64,000 nucleotides of DNA. Origin: an uncultured Candidatus Saccharibacteria bacterium. Lineage in GTDB: Bacteria; Patescibacteriota; Saccharimonadia; Saccharimonadales; UBA10212. The translations under genes and the position numbers were made by a program. The stretch spans positions 213 to 64,212 of the forward strand of contig CAZUXR010000001.1 in the NCBI GenBank assembly GCA_964624785.1, given 5' to 3'. The notes below the pieces were generated by a model. It was not told the DNA's origin, searched no databases, and saw nothing but the letters and a program-made list of their open reading frames with translations. Below, piece by piece: positions 1-9,587 of the stretch; within the stretch, counting starts at the first letter, position 1; every line of letters starts with the position of its first letter.

Positions 1-1
1 T

Positions 2-814
2 CGAAAATACGCGCTAAATTTAACTGTGGCCAACCAATATATTGCCCAGATGAGCGAAGAGGTACGCAGCGCCGTATTCGGCAACGTAGGAACGGTAATT
101 TCGTTCCGCGTAAGTCCAGATGACGCGCCGTTTTTGCAAAAATATTTTGAACCGCAGTTCGAGGCAGGGGATATAGTGCAGCAGCATAACCGCTACTTTA
201 TAACCAGTATGACTATCGGCGGAGAAAAGGCTCCGGCGTTTTCTGCCAAAACCCTTAACCTGCCAACTCCTCCTGGCGATTTAACGCCACAAATTATAGA
301 TGAATCCCGCCAGCGCTATGCAAAAGATCGCCAGGCCGTAGACGATGTAATCCGAAGTAACATTATAAATCAAACCATCGCTGGGGAGCCATCGAACCGA
401 CCATCAACTACTAAAGAACCCCAGCAAAAACCAATAGTGAGCCAAGCTGCACCCGCCGTGGACAAACCTAAGGCCCCCGCCCAAAGTACGCCGCCAGCTC
501 AAGCTGGCAACAAACCCAGGCCGCTAGGCAAAGTTGCTTCTACGTTAGTAAGGGCGGCTGTAAATGGTGTTGATTCGGCCTCGATGCAAGTCAGAGAGCC
601 CGAAGCCGGCCAGCAAGAAACCAACAAACCCAAGCGCCGCCGAACTCGCCGTGGGCGCGGAGGCGGCCAAAAATCACCCGATCCGCCGCAGCAACAGCAA
701 TTCAACCAGCATCAACAAACTCACCAAACACCCCACGAACCTAAAGTAATACATCCATCCAGCAACTCATCAGGCAAAACCCCAAACGAAGAACACACCA
801 TCCACCTCCGTTAG
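2..814 (+). CDS. C-terminal part of a VirD4/TraG/TraD-like type IV secretion coupling ATPase (5' end lies outside the window) with a long Pro/Gln/Lys/Arg-rich tail
   Basis: The frame is open from nt 2 (RKYALNLTVANQYIAQ...), so the GTG at 26 is not the true start. NQYIAQMSEEVRSAVFGNVGTVISFRVSPDDAPFL resembles the conserved C-terminal block of T4SS coupling / TraM-recognition-domain ATPases. Residues encoded after about nt 420 are low complexity. Confidence 0.5.
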   Translation, partial: RKYALNLTVANQYIAQMSEEVRSAVFGNVGTVISFRVSPDDAPFLQKYFEPQFEAGDIVQQHNRYFITSMTIGGEKAPAFSAKTLNLPTPPGDLTPQIIDESRQRYAKDRQAVDDVIRSNIINQTIAGEPSNRPSTTKEPQQKPIVSQAAPAVDKPKAPAQSTPPAQAGNKPRPLGKVASTLVRAAVNGVDSASMQVREPEAGQQETNKPKRRRTRRGRGGGQKSPDPPQQQQFNQHQQTHQTPHEPKVIHPSSNSSGKTPNEEHTIHLR

Positions 815-935
815 TTTTTGCATTATTGTTGGTTTAGTGTTAGAATATTGTTAGTTTGCTGAGCAGGGATGCTTCACGCGAATTCGCACACCCCATGAAC
901 GGGGCACACAACTGGGAAAGGGACGGTTTATAGCA

Positions 936-1301
936 ATGAACATTCTGCTTCACTGGGCACTGATATTCGCCTGTACGAGCATTGTCTGCTTCGTGGGGTC
1001 ATCGGTGCTCGATCGGTACTGGTGCCCCATCTTCGAACCTGAATGGCCGTTCACTGTTCTGGCCTTTGGGTCGGTGATGCCCGGCTTACTTGCCAGCATG
1101 TGCCTGGTGGCCTTCGTCGTAAGGGCAACCGATTTTTGGTTGCTCCCCATCACAGTGGTTTCGGGTCTGATGCTTGGATTCTTCTATTTGGTTGAGGATG
1201 ATGATGAGTACCTCGCCGCGCTGTCCGGAGCCAATGCGATGCTTGGTGGCAGCATAATCGCCGCGATCGGGGCAACAATCCCACCACCACCCTTTCTATA
1301 G
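936..1301 (+). CDS. hypothetical small membrane protein (about 4 TM) inside high-GC islet 1
   Basis: 121-aa ORF with hydrophobic segments. A hand count of nt 1021-1080 gives 35/60 G+C, against about 45% in neighbouring genes. No recognisable family. Confidence 0.45.
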   Translation: MNILLHWALIFACTSIVCFVGSSVLDRYWCPIFEPEWPFTVLAFGSVMPGLLASMCLVAFVVRATDFWLLPITVVSGLMLGFFYLVEDDDEYLAALSGANAMLGGSIIAAIGATIPPPPFL

Positions 1302-1609
1302 GGAGATAGGGGGCATCCCACCAACGAACGGGCCGGAGGCAAGGTGTGCGAGGTAATCCATCTCAGCAGACCCCTTGCTTCCGGCAGAAGTACTAAGTTA
1401 AATTTTATAACTGTATGAACATTTTGCGAACACGGTAATGGGCTTGGGTTTTATCGTGGAAGACAATATAGATTTATTCCTCACTAAAACTCTTAGTAGC
1501 AGGCGAGAAAGCTGTAATAAAAATAAATACGAATAATTAGCAGAGAATTTAGCGGCGAGCTAGTTACAAAAAAGTCAGGGGGGAATGTAGAAACAGAGCT
1601 GTGAACATA

Positions 1610-1637
1610 ACGTCGCACAATGTATATTTTGCGACTC
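1610..1637. other. candidate Xer/dif-like recombination site (11-6-11 layout)
   Basis: ACGTCGCACAA-TGTATA-TTTTGCGACTC. The arms GTCGCACAA / TTTTGCGAC are near-palindromic around a TGTATA core identical to the central hexamer of E. coli dif. The site lies in a 720-bp gene-free gap between convergent genes. Confidence 0.2.
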
Positions 1638-2022
1638 TGTATATGGTTAGCATAGTTGTTTAGTAATACCACCCTAACGGGGGAGTTTTTGAACTATTAC
1701 CCTTAATTATCATTATTACGTCTCGCTCGGCTGTTATCGACTACGCGATTATGTTGGGTCTCTACATTGCCTATATTAGAATGTTTGCATGTAAGTCATT
1801 GTGATATTTCACGCACGACTTATCCACAGCCCGCTTATGATTTGTTTGACTTTTGCCTATATCATTCTTTTATTATCTTTCCCCTGCTTTTCTTCAAAAA
1901 ATACAAATATTTGACTTTTATTAATTTAATATTAAAATATATATTTTCTGAGTACCCATTAAATAATTAATAACTGAACATATTACGAACAGGAAGAGGA
2001 GAGAGGGGTTGATAGTATAGAT

Positions 2023-2877
2023 TTACTTATAAAAGACTTTACCTTCAACTCTAGCATCAAGGTACTGGCTGGGTGTAGTTTTAGTGATTTCGAACTGGTG
2101 ACGCGCAGCCATAAACTGCCCTGCCTGACGATCAACCTTGCCACCTAAAAAGAATTTAACATAATAGGGTTGATCTGCGGTTTGTAAATCTAACTCCTGG
2201 GCGCGTACCGGTAAACTGAGTGATTTTACAGGAATTTTAGCCGACTTACAGATGGAAAGAAGCTGGTTTGTAAAATTAACGTTTGCCCCGCTCATAATTG
2301 GCTTGCCGCGCGTAACCTTAAAGCTAGACTGGTCCGTTATAACCGGAAGACCCTTCGTTACTCCAGGAAAACTAGAAGCAAGCCCAACAGCTATCCCATC
2401 GGTATCAATAATATATAACTGGCCGCCACTACTAACCACAAAGCTCGGCACCGATATCGTAATATGTAGCTTTGGAGTATGGTCTAGTAGGGGCAGTTCT
2501 ATCTGTAAATTAGATATTTCCGGAAATTTAGATTGTAGATTTTTAGTAATTTGATCTTCGTCCAAGCTAATCTTATTATGATTTTTTATACTACCAAACG
2601 CATCGGTCGCCGCTGATTGATAAGAACTCGATGGTCGGTAAGCCTGGCTAGAAACATTTACCTCTGGATTGGAGCCAAGAACCATACTGTACACGAGTCC
2701 GAAAATTATGCTTCCTAAAATGATTAGATCGATCGTACGGTTAAGAAATACTCTGAAGAAACCACGATTTTTAGGACGTTTCTTAGGATTAGAATCATCT
2801 TTTTTGCCGCTCGCCGAACGATAGTAGGTTAACGGAACTCTGCCTCTTGCTCTAGACTTTGGTTTTCTATCGCTCAT
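2023..2877 (-). CDS. ftsQ: FtsQ/DivIB-like cell division protein (N-terminal basic tail, single TM, POTRA-like region)
   Basis: It lies directly after murG in the dcw cluster. It has a TM segment (LIILGSIIFGLVYSMVL) followed by a beta-rich region (LHITISVPSFVVSSGGQLYIIDTDGIAV) typical of FtsQ. Confidence 0.55.
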   Translation of the reverse strand: MSDRKPKSRARGRVPLTYYRSASGKKDDSNPKKRPKNRGFFRVFLNRTIDLIILGSIIFGLVYSMVLGSNPEVNVSSQAYRPSSSYQSAATDAFGSIKNHNKISLDEDQITKNLQSKFPEISNLQIELPLLDHTPKLHITISVPSFVVSSGGQLYIIDTDGIAVGLASSFPGVTKGLPVITDQSSFKVTRGKPIMSGANVNFTNQLLSICKSAKIPVKSLSLPVRAQELDLQTADQPYYVKFFLGGKVDRQAGQFMAARHQFEITKTTPSQYLDARVEGKVFYK

Positions 2878-2883
2878 ATTAAA

Positions 2884-4068
2884 TTAACTTGCCTCGTGCA
2901 AAAGTAGTTTTGCAAGTTCGGTTGCGGCGGTTTTATGTTTATCTGTATAAATTTTGCGCGATAACTCTTCACGCCTCTGTTTATTTTGTAATAAGTCATT
3001 AGTAACATTGAACAAATTTTCTGGTGTTGTATTGTTTGCAACAATCTCCACTGCCCCACTCGCTTGCAGTATTTCGGCATTTTTAACCTGGTGCCCACCA
3101 GCTAGAGCCGGGTTTGGGATCAAAATACAAGCTTTGCCTTGAGTGGCGAATTCGGCAATAGCGTTAGCCCCTGCCCTGCTAATTATTAAATCGGCGGCGG
3201 CGCTAAGTTCATTAAAATTATTCACAAAATCATAAATTTTAACGCGTTTTAACAGATCTGGATTCAAAGTAGCACGATATTTTTGTTCAACTTCAACGAA
3301 GTCATAAGATCCCGCAATATGAATAAGGTACAGTTGATTATTAGAGTTTAGGAGTCGTTCTGCGATAGATGTAACTATATTATTTATATCCAAAGCTCCG
3401 GAACTCCCACCGGCTATTAATAAAACTAGGCTATCGCTACTTAACCCAAGTTGCTCCTTGCTTGCGGCCTGCGCGTTGGGCGAAACTTTTTCTAAATTAC
3501 TATCAATAAGATTGCCAACGTAGTGCTTACTGTGTCCCGCTGGAACTCCAGAGGTACGCACTTTCGACCAGCGACCAAGGACGCGGTTAGCCAACCCCGG
3601 GACACTGTCGGAATCATGTGTGACTATTGGAATGTGCTTTAGATGGGCAGCAACTCCAACCGGCAGCGCCACAAATCCCCCTTTGGAAAAAACTACGTCG
3701 GGTTTTGTTGTACCCAGAATTCTCAGGGCCGCTAGAGTGCTCGTTATAAATCTAAAAAGATCTCGGACGTTTAGCGCGATAGTTTTTACATCCAACAAGT
3801 GCGACAGAATGCTTTCGCCGTGATAACGCCTAAACTTTCCGGCCCGAATGTATTTAACATTATCAAAACAATCGTTTAAACGGTCCTTTAGATCGCCAAA
3901 ACTATCCCCTTTGTTTCCTATGTAAACGATAGTCGCATGCGGGTCTAGGTCCTTAACCGCGCGGGCGAGTGACAGGAGTGGGACTATATGCCCGCCCGTT
4001 CCGCCGCCGCTCAGGATTATTACTGGCGCTTTGCCCTTGTTCAAGGCTACTGCTGATCTCTGTGACAT
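2884..4068 (-). CDS. murG: UDP-N-acetylglucosamine--N-acetylmuramyl-(pentapeptide) pyrophosphoryl-undecaprenol GlcNAc transferase
   Basis: It carries the G-loop VIILSGGGTGGHIVP and GT28 architecture, in dcw context. Start chosen at the ATG at 4068 (MSQRSAV...); the ORF is open to 4107. Confidence 0.9.
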   Translation of the reverse strand: MSQRSAVALNKGKAPVIILSGGGTGGHIVPLLSLARAVKDLDPHATIVYIGNKGDSFGDLKDRLNDCFDNVKYIRAGKFRRYHGESILSHLLDVKTIALNVRDLFRFITSTLAALRILGTTKPDVVFSKGGFVALPVGVAAHLKHIPIVTHDSDSVPGLANRVLGRWSKVRTSGVPAGHSKHYVGNLIDSNLEKVSPNAQAASKEQLGLSSDSLVLLIAGGSSGALDINNIVTSIAERLLNSNNQLYLIHIAGSYDFVEVEQKYRATLNPDLLKRVKIYDFVNNFNELSAAADLIISRAGANAIAEFATQGKACILIPNPALAGGHQVKNAEILQASGAVEIVANNTTPENLFNVTNDLLQNKQRREELSRKIYTDKHKTAATELAKLLLHEAS

Positions 4069-5218
4069 TGTTACTAGTATAACGCGAAATCTGGAAAACA
4101 AGGCCAAGAGCAGCCGTCAAAAAGATTAAGCTTGTTCCGCCCTGACTAATTAACGGCAGAGTGATCCCCTTAAGCGGTAGTAGGCCAATCATGGCGCCTA
4201 CATTGATGACTAGCTGCGTGCTTAGCCACGCCAACACACCAACTACCACAAGACGGCTAAATTGGTCGCTGGTTCGATTAACTATACGCTTTAACCTGGT
4301 GATAAACGTGCCGTAAATTAGGATGATAGAGAATGTTCCTACAAAACCAAACTTTTCGGCAATGATTGCGAAAATTGAGTCGTTAGAGGCCTCTGGCAGG
4401 TAACCATAAGCTTGAACACTATATCCTAGCCCTAAACCAAAAACACCGCCAGAACCCACCGAAATGAGTGCCTGGCAGGCTTGATAGCCATTGCCCTGGC
4501 AGTTGCTTTGCGGATGCAGATAAGTAGCCAGACGCTCACGTCTGTAACCGCTACTAGAAACAGCCAGAATAGCAAGTATGACAACCAGTCCAACAATAAT
4601 TAACAATCGCTTGACTGGCACGCCCACGGCAAACACCATCATGCCAATCATTGCTATTATTACACCGGTAGATCCAAGGTCGCTTTGCAGTTTGGCCACG
4701 ACCACACCAACCCCAAGCAATACGATCAAAAGTGGCTTGAGCGTAGCATCAAAATCTGCCAACTGCCCACCACGCCACCTATCTGTCAAAAATTTTGCTA
4801 CCCACAGCAAGAGCGTAACTTTTATAAGTTCTACGATCTGGAAAGAAAATCCGCCAAGCCGTATCCAGCGGTGCGCCTGGTAAACTTCGTCAATCGGCGT
4901 AATCATCACAACTAGACACCCCGCCAAGGAAAGTAACACCATCGGCGTAATAGCGGCTCGCCAAAATTTAAGCGGCAAATAGGCAGCGATTCCGAATGTC
5001 ACTAGTCCCAGCCCAACGGCAATAAACTGCTTGATCACATAGTAGCTTTGGCTAACGTGGCGGCTAGCAGCCAGACCGGGGCTAATGGAATAAACTACCA
5101 CCAAACCTATAACTAGCAGCAGCGCCGAGAATATTAAAATAGAATAGTCCGGCTTAGTGCGGCGGGCCAAACGCTGGCCGCCACTATTATTGGTCGCAAT
5201 AGGTATACGATTACGCAT
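3953..5218 (-). CDS. ftsW: SEDS-family peptidoglycan glycosyltransferase FtsW/RodA
   Basis: About 10 TM segments and conserved motifs (SDLGSTGVI, LPEASNDSIFA, LPLISQGGTSL), in dcw context. Confidence 0.9.
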   Translation of the reverse strand: MRNRIPIATNNSGGQRLARRTKPDYSILIFSALLLVIGLVVVYSISPGLAASRHVSQSYYVIKQFIAVGLGLVTFGIAAYLPLKFWRAAITPMVLLSLAGCLVVMITPIDEVYQAHRWIRLGGFSFQIVELIKVTLLLWVAKFLTDRWRGGQLADFDATLKPLLIVLLGVGVVVAKLQSDLGSTGVIIAMIGMMVFAVGVPVKRLLIIVGLVVILAILAVSSSGYRRERLATYLHPQSNCQGNGYQACQALISVGSGGVFGLGLGYSVQAYGYLPEASNDSIFAIIAEKFGFVGTFSIILIYGTFITRLKRIVNRTSDQFSRLVVVGVLAWLSTQLVINVGAMIGLLPLKGITLPLISQGGTSLIFLTAALGLVFQISRYTSNNVTEISSSLEQGQSASNNPERRRNGRAYSPTPVTRPRG

Positions 5219-5227
5219 TGCAGCACT

Positions 5228-6268
5228 TTATAGGGGTACGCCAAGGATGAACAATATTAGCCCGCTGATCGCCGCCACTTGACCAATTATCCAAAAACGC
5301 ATTGTAACTTTTGTCTCTGGCCAGCCGATTGCTTCAAAGTGATGATGAATTGGTGAAGACAGGAATATTTTTTTGCCGTTTCTAAGCCGTTTACTAATTA
5401 ATTGAACAACTACGGATCCTGCTTCTGCAACAAACACCGCGCCAATGATTGGTAGCAGCAAAACGGTGTCGGTTAACATAGCAACTACTCCAAGCGCCGT
5501 GCCAAGTGCAAACGAACCCACGTCGCCCATAAAGAATCTTGCCGGATATACATTAAACCAGGTATAGGATAGCAACGCCCCAACGATAGTCATGCAAAAA
5601 CCGGCTAAGCCGTACTTTTTCTCAAGCAGAGCTATAACCGCGTAGGCGCCGAAAGCAATTGCCGCCAATCCCCCGGCTAGACCATCGAGCCCATCCGTCA
5701 TATTAACAGCGTTGGCTGTAGCAAAGATTACTATGATGAATAAAGGAATTATTAGCCAACCAAGATGAAGGCTACCGACAAATGGAATATTGATGCTAGT
5801 TACGCCAAGTTTTGCAAAAAACCACCATCCACCCACAAATGCCACGCCCGTTAATAACATGGCTTTTAGCTTGGTCCGCATTCCCGCAATATTCCCGCCC
5901 AGACCCCTGATATTTATCACGTCGTCAACCAGCCCTATCATTCCAGCTCCGGCCATAGCGGCCAAAGGAAGCCATGTTTCCGAGCGTACCAAATTTCCAG
6001 CCACAGTTACAATTAAGGTAGCAAGAACAAAAACTGCACCAGCCATTGTAGGAATGTTGCGAGCATGCTTAGCAGCGTGCAACTTGGTGAAAATCGGCGC
6101 TTTTTTGCCACTTACGTCGTGCGTTCGAGCTTTCTTCCACCATTTGCCAGTGAAAGCTGCCGTGGTGTACAAAGGCGTTAGAGCCATGCTGACCAAAAAG
6201 CCCATTAGCCCAAACAGAAAAACTTGTTCTATGGCTGTGGCGTCGGCTGTGATTTGAATGTTTATCAT
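5228..6268 (-). CDS. mraY: phospho-N-acetylmuramoyl-pentapeptide transferase
   Basis: Motifs NAVNMTDGLDGLA, FMGDVGSFALG and PIHHHFE, in dcw context. Confidence 0.95.
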   Translation of the reverse strand: MINIQITADATAIEQVFLFGLMGFLVSMALTPLYTTAAFTGKWWKKARTHDVSGKKAPIFTKLHAAKHARNIPTMAGAVFVLATLIVTVAGNLVRSETWLPLAAMAGAGMIGLVDDVINIRGLGGNIAGMRTKLKAMLLTGVAFVGGWWFFAKLGVTSINIPFVGSLHLGWLIIPLFIIVIFATANAVNMTDGLDGLAGGLAAIAFGAYAVIALLEKKYGLAGFCMTIVGALLSYTWFNVYPARFFMGDVGSFALGTALGVVAMLTDTVLLLPIIGAVFVAEAGSVVVQLISKRLRNGKKIFLSSPIHHHFEAIGWPETKVTMRFWIIGQVAAISGLILFILGVPL

Positions 6269-6293
6269 TTTTTTCCTTATTATTAATTTAACA

Positions 6294-8066
6294 CTATGGA
6301 CTCGTTTTTGGCAAAACGTTAAAGCTATTTACCAACATGTGCCCCAGACTGTTAAAAATTGGCTGGGCGGCGGCTGTTCCGGCATATCCGCCAACAGATG
6401 GATCATTAACTCGAACAACTATAACGTACTGCGGCTTATCCCCACCCACAAAACCCATGTATGTTCCGTTATATTTATTAGCAAAATAGCCGCCAGCCGG
6501 ATCGGCAATTTGGGCTGTACCCGTTTTGCCACCCACACTATATATGCTGCTAAATGACGGATTTAAGTGGTGATTGTCTACAACATATTCCATGAGCGAC
6601 TGAACTTGCGTGCTAACAGTCGGCGATACAACGTGCTCATTTAATACTTGCGACTTATTTATAGAGCTGTTACCGGACGAATCAATGGTCTGATCTACTA
6701 ACCTCGGCTTGTAATACTTCCCACCATTCAGTACAGCTGACAGCGCTGCGCCCATTTGCAGTGGCGTAGCGGTCATGGCCTGACCAAAGGATGTATTGGC
6801 GTACGCCAGCTGCAGCGCATAGCCTTTTTGAGCATCGGGAATATAACCACTAGCCTCGTAACCCTGCTCTATGCCGGTTGCCGCGCCCAAATGATAATGA
6901 TTCACCATATAGTCATGCCATTTTTGACGCGCAGCTAGATTCACCTGCCCTGTTTGGCCGCCCATTTGCATTAACATCCAGGTCGCACCGGTATTTATAG
7001 ACAGGTTTAAAATGCTTGCAATATTATGAGTGCCAGCACCGCCGTCCTCCTCGATATTTGTAATAGTGTGGCCGTCTAGATCCCAGCGGCTTGGGTCGTA
7101 GTAACTTGTGTCGGGCTTGATTGCCCCTTGGTCGAGCGCGGCGGCGGCGGTTAAAACCTTCATGATCGAACCTACTTCGAGCGGGCTAGAAACGGCGGCA
7201 TTATTAAATACATTGGCATCTTGTTCTTTGTAGTACTGGGCTGGATCGAACGTAGGCCAGTTGGCCATAGCTTTTACAGCACCGGTGTTAGGATCCATTA
7301 TTAGCGCACTGCCGGATTTTGAACCGGCTTTATCCAGCCCTTGTTTCAAAAGGCTTTCCAATTGTTTTTGCATGGCGAGATCAATGGTTAAAATAACTTT
7401 TTTACCGGGTTTAGGATCTATTTGAATGTTTTCTTTGCTGGCCGCCAGTGGAACTCCAGCCGCATCAGTAATGGCTTTTAGTTTGCCGGGCGTGCCAGAC
7501 AATTGCTTATCCATGGCTTGCTCGAGTCCGTAAGTTCCTTTGCCGTCGTTACTTACAAATCCAAGCAGCTGAGCCGCAAGATTACCCTGCGGGTAGTTGC
7601 GATAGTTTTGCGCTTGAGCGCCAACTCCTGGCAACTTTAAGCTAGTAATTTTGTTTTTTTGATCTTCGCTTAATCGTTTAGCCAGGATGACGTAGCGGCT
7701 TTTAGGGGTTTTCATAAGATCCACATACTGGGATTTATCGCCCCCTGTGATAGTAATTAGTTTTGCCGCACTCTTGCCAGCATCTTTAATAAAAGATGGG
7801 TCGGCATAAAGTGTGTACAGGGTTTGGTTAAGCACAACAGGCACTGTACTGTCGCCGTTTTGGGCTTCTATAGTGCCGCGCGGTGCAACCAGCGAATACT
7901 CTTTTAGCTGATCGCTTAACGCCTGCTGACGGTAATAATCGTGGCGAATAACTTGCAAGTAGAATAACCGGACCACAAACAATGCGAGAATAAATATAAG
8001 ACCAGCGTACCAAATATTAATACGGTACCTGGGAGTAATCGCAAGTTTGCTTTTTACCGGCTGCAT
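6294..8066 (-). CDS. ftsI: class B penicillin-binding protein (FtsI/PBP2-type transpeptidase)
   Basis: N-terminal TM anchor and a PBP dimerisation region. The transpeptidase motifs are GSIMK (SxxK-like), SFG (SxN-like region) and GKTGTA (KTG). Confidence 0.9.
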   Translation of the reverse strand: MQPVKSKLAITPRYRINIWYAGLIFILALFVVRLFYLQVIRHDYYRQQALSDQLKEYSLVAPRGTIEAQNGDSTVPVVLNQTLYTLYADPSFIKDAGKSAAKLITITGGDKSQYVDLMKTPKSRYVILAKRLSEDQKNKITSLKLPGVGAQAQNYRNYPQGNLAAQLLGFVSNDGKGTYGLEQAMDKQLSGTPGKLKAITDAAGVPLAASKENIQIDPKPGKKVILTIDLAMQKQLESLLKQGLDKAGSKSGSALIMDPNTGAVKAMANWPTFDPAQYYKEQDANVFNNAAVSSPLEVGSIMKVLTAAAALDQGAIKPDTSYYDPSRWDLDGHTITNIEEDGGAGTHNIASILNLSINTGATWMLMQMGGQTGQVNLAARQKWHDYMVNHYHLGAATGIEQGYEASGYIPDAQKGYALQLAYANTSFGQAMTATPLQMGAALSAVLNGGKYYKPRLVDQTIDSSGNSSINKSQVLNEHVVSPTVSTQVQSLMEYVVDNHHLNPSFSSIYSVGGKTGTAQIADPAGGYFANKYNGTYMGFVGGDKPQYVIVVRVNDPSVGGYAGTAAAQPIFNSLGHMLVNSFNVLPKTSP

Positions 8067-8075
8067 TTAGATTAG

Positions 8076-8423
8076 TTACTGAGAAACTACGCCGGACGGA
8101 GAAGCAGCAACAAGATTTTTAGCTGGTTGGCTAGAACTAACCCGATCAAGCGACTGCAAACGCGCAGACATTACTTCTAGATCAGCTTTTTGGTCGGTAA
8201 GTTTAGCTTGTTCTTGCTGTAAATTATTAATTGTGTAGCCAAAACTGTTAGTTTTTGTAACTTGGGTCAAATAAAGCAGGCCAATCAGACAGGCCAAAAC
8301 GATTAAAATAATCGCATTGCTAACAGGCCCTAAACTGCGAGCGCGAGCTTTAAACGATACTACATTTTGGTTTCGCCGGACGTATGTGCGCCGGCTCATG
8401 GCTACGGAGCTTGAATATGTCAT
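8076..8423 (-). CDS. ftsL: FtsL/DivIC-like septum formation initiator
   Basis: 115 aa with a single TM followed by a coiled coil (NNLQQEQAKLTDQKADLEVMSARLQSL). It sits between rsmH and ftsI. Confidence 0.6.
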   Translation of the reverse strand: MTYSSSVAMSRRTYVRRNQNVVSFKARARSLGPVSNAIILIVLACLIGLLYLTQVTKTNSFGYTINNLQQEQAKLTDQKADLEVMSARLQSLDRVSSSQPAKNLVAASPSGVVSQ

Positions 8424-8440
8424 ATTTTTGTTTTTCTTGG

Positions 8441-8569
8441 CCCCGCACCTGAAACTGCTTTTAACCTTGCGGTTAATTAATTGCTGTGACGCTTATTAAA
8501 CTTTCTAGATTAATTCGACTTTACTCTATTCTCGATACTAGAGCAGCGTAAGCAGTTTCAGGTGCGGGG
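8441..8569. repeat. 129-nt stem-closed element, copy 1 (20-bp perfect terminal inverted repeat)
   Basis: CCCCGCACCTGAAACTGCTT (8441-8460) pairs perfectly with AAGCAGTTTCAGGTGCGGGG (8550-8569). There is an internal hairpin TTAACC-ttgc-GGTTAA at 8461-8476. The element lies 17 nt upstream of the ftsL start. Confidence 0.85.
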
Positions 8570-8669
8570 GCCCGGTTCCCCAAGCTAGTTAGCGTTCGTG
8601 CACTATTCTAACTTGGACTTTTTGTTGCCGGGATCTATCTTTTACCTCAATTGACATTGAGAGTTATCC

Positions 8670-9587
8670 CTATCCTTTCTTTTTGCTCGTTATTTCTAAC
8701 GAGTGATTTTTTATTTTCGCTGCGGCTCGCAATTTTGCACTGCGGGCACGCGGATTTAAAACTATTTCATCAGTCGAAGCCGTAATTGGCTTCTTGGTAA
8801 GTAAACGCAGGTCAGCATCGTAAGTATCTGCGCCGTGACTTTTTAAAAACTGTTTAACAACTGCGTCCTCCAAACTATGGAAGCTTATTACAACTAGCCG
8901 TCCACCCGGATTTAGCAGTTCCAACCACAGTGGCAAACTTCTTTCCAGCTGCCCCAGCTCGTCGTTAACTGCGATCCGTAGTGCCTGAAAAGTGCGAGTG
9001 GCAGGATGAACCTTACTGTGGCCCGGCCAAACACTTTTGGCGATATCGGCAAGCTGAGTGGTAGTGCGCACTGGGCGGCTGCGAATAATGCGTTTGGCGA
9101 TAGAGCGAGCTTTTGGTTCCTGGCCATAATCTTTTAAGATTTGGGTCAGCTTATCCTCTTTATAGGTATTAACTATGCGGTAGGCATCCAGTTTTTGGCG
9201 CTCGTCCATTCGCATATCCAGCGGCGCTTCATTTTTAAAGCTAAACCCGCGTTCGGTTTTATCTAGATGAAGCGAACTTACACCTAGATCTGCCAGGATC
9301 ATATCAAATTGCTTACCCTCGCCTACCAGCTGTTCGCTAGCAGAAAAGAAGTCCGCATGAATGATTTGAGGTTTGTCGCCGAACTGTTTGGTTAGCTCAT
9401 CAACTGCTGATGCGTCTCGGTCAACTAGAGTTGTTTTGTTTGGACTTTTGGTCCGCTCAATAACTAAGCTAGCGTGGCCGCCGTAACCTGCCGTTAAATC
9501 CAAATATGACTCCCCACTATCGGGAGCCAGATATTCGAGTACTTCGATCGGCATGACTGGTGTGTGTTGTTTTTGTGTTTGTTTCAT
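8670..9587 (-). CDS. rsmH: 16S rRNA (cytosine1402-N4)-methyltransferase
   Basis: HTPVMPIEVLEYL, DLTAGYGGHA and DLGVSSLHLD motifs typical of MraW/RsmH. It follows mraZ. Confidence 0.95.
   Translation of the reverse strand: MKQTQKQHTPVMPIEVLEYLAPDSGESYLDLTAGYGGHASLVIERTKSPNKTTLVDRDASAVDELTKQFGDKPQIIHADFFSASEQLVGEGKQFDMILADLGVSSLHLDKTERGFSFKNEAPLDMRMDERQKLDAYRIVNTYKEDKLTQILKDYGQEPKARSIAKRIIRSRPVRTTTQLADIAKSVWPGHSKVHPATRTFQALRIAVNDELGQLERSLPLWLELLNPGGRLVVISFHSLEDAVVKQFLKSHGADTYDADLRLLTKKPITASTDEIVLNPRARSAKLRAAAKIKNHSLEITSKKKG

Noticed and set aside
1820-1828. A perfect DnaA box TTATCCACA next to an AT-rich tract (1860-1975), which could suggest oriC.
   Set aside because: It is the only perfect box in the 720-bp gap; one 1-mismatch box lies far away at about 10560. 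The flanking genes converge on the gap, which is terminus-like geometry rather than origin-like, and no dnaA or dnaN is nearby.
1767-1970. 67-aa plus-strand ORF in the long intergenic gap.
   Set aside because: The sequence is extremely AT-rich and low in complexity, with no SD and no recognisable protein features. It is most likely a chance ORF.
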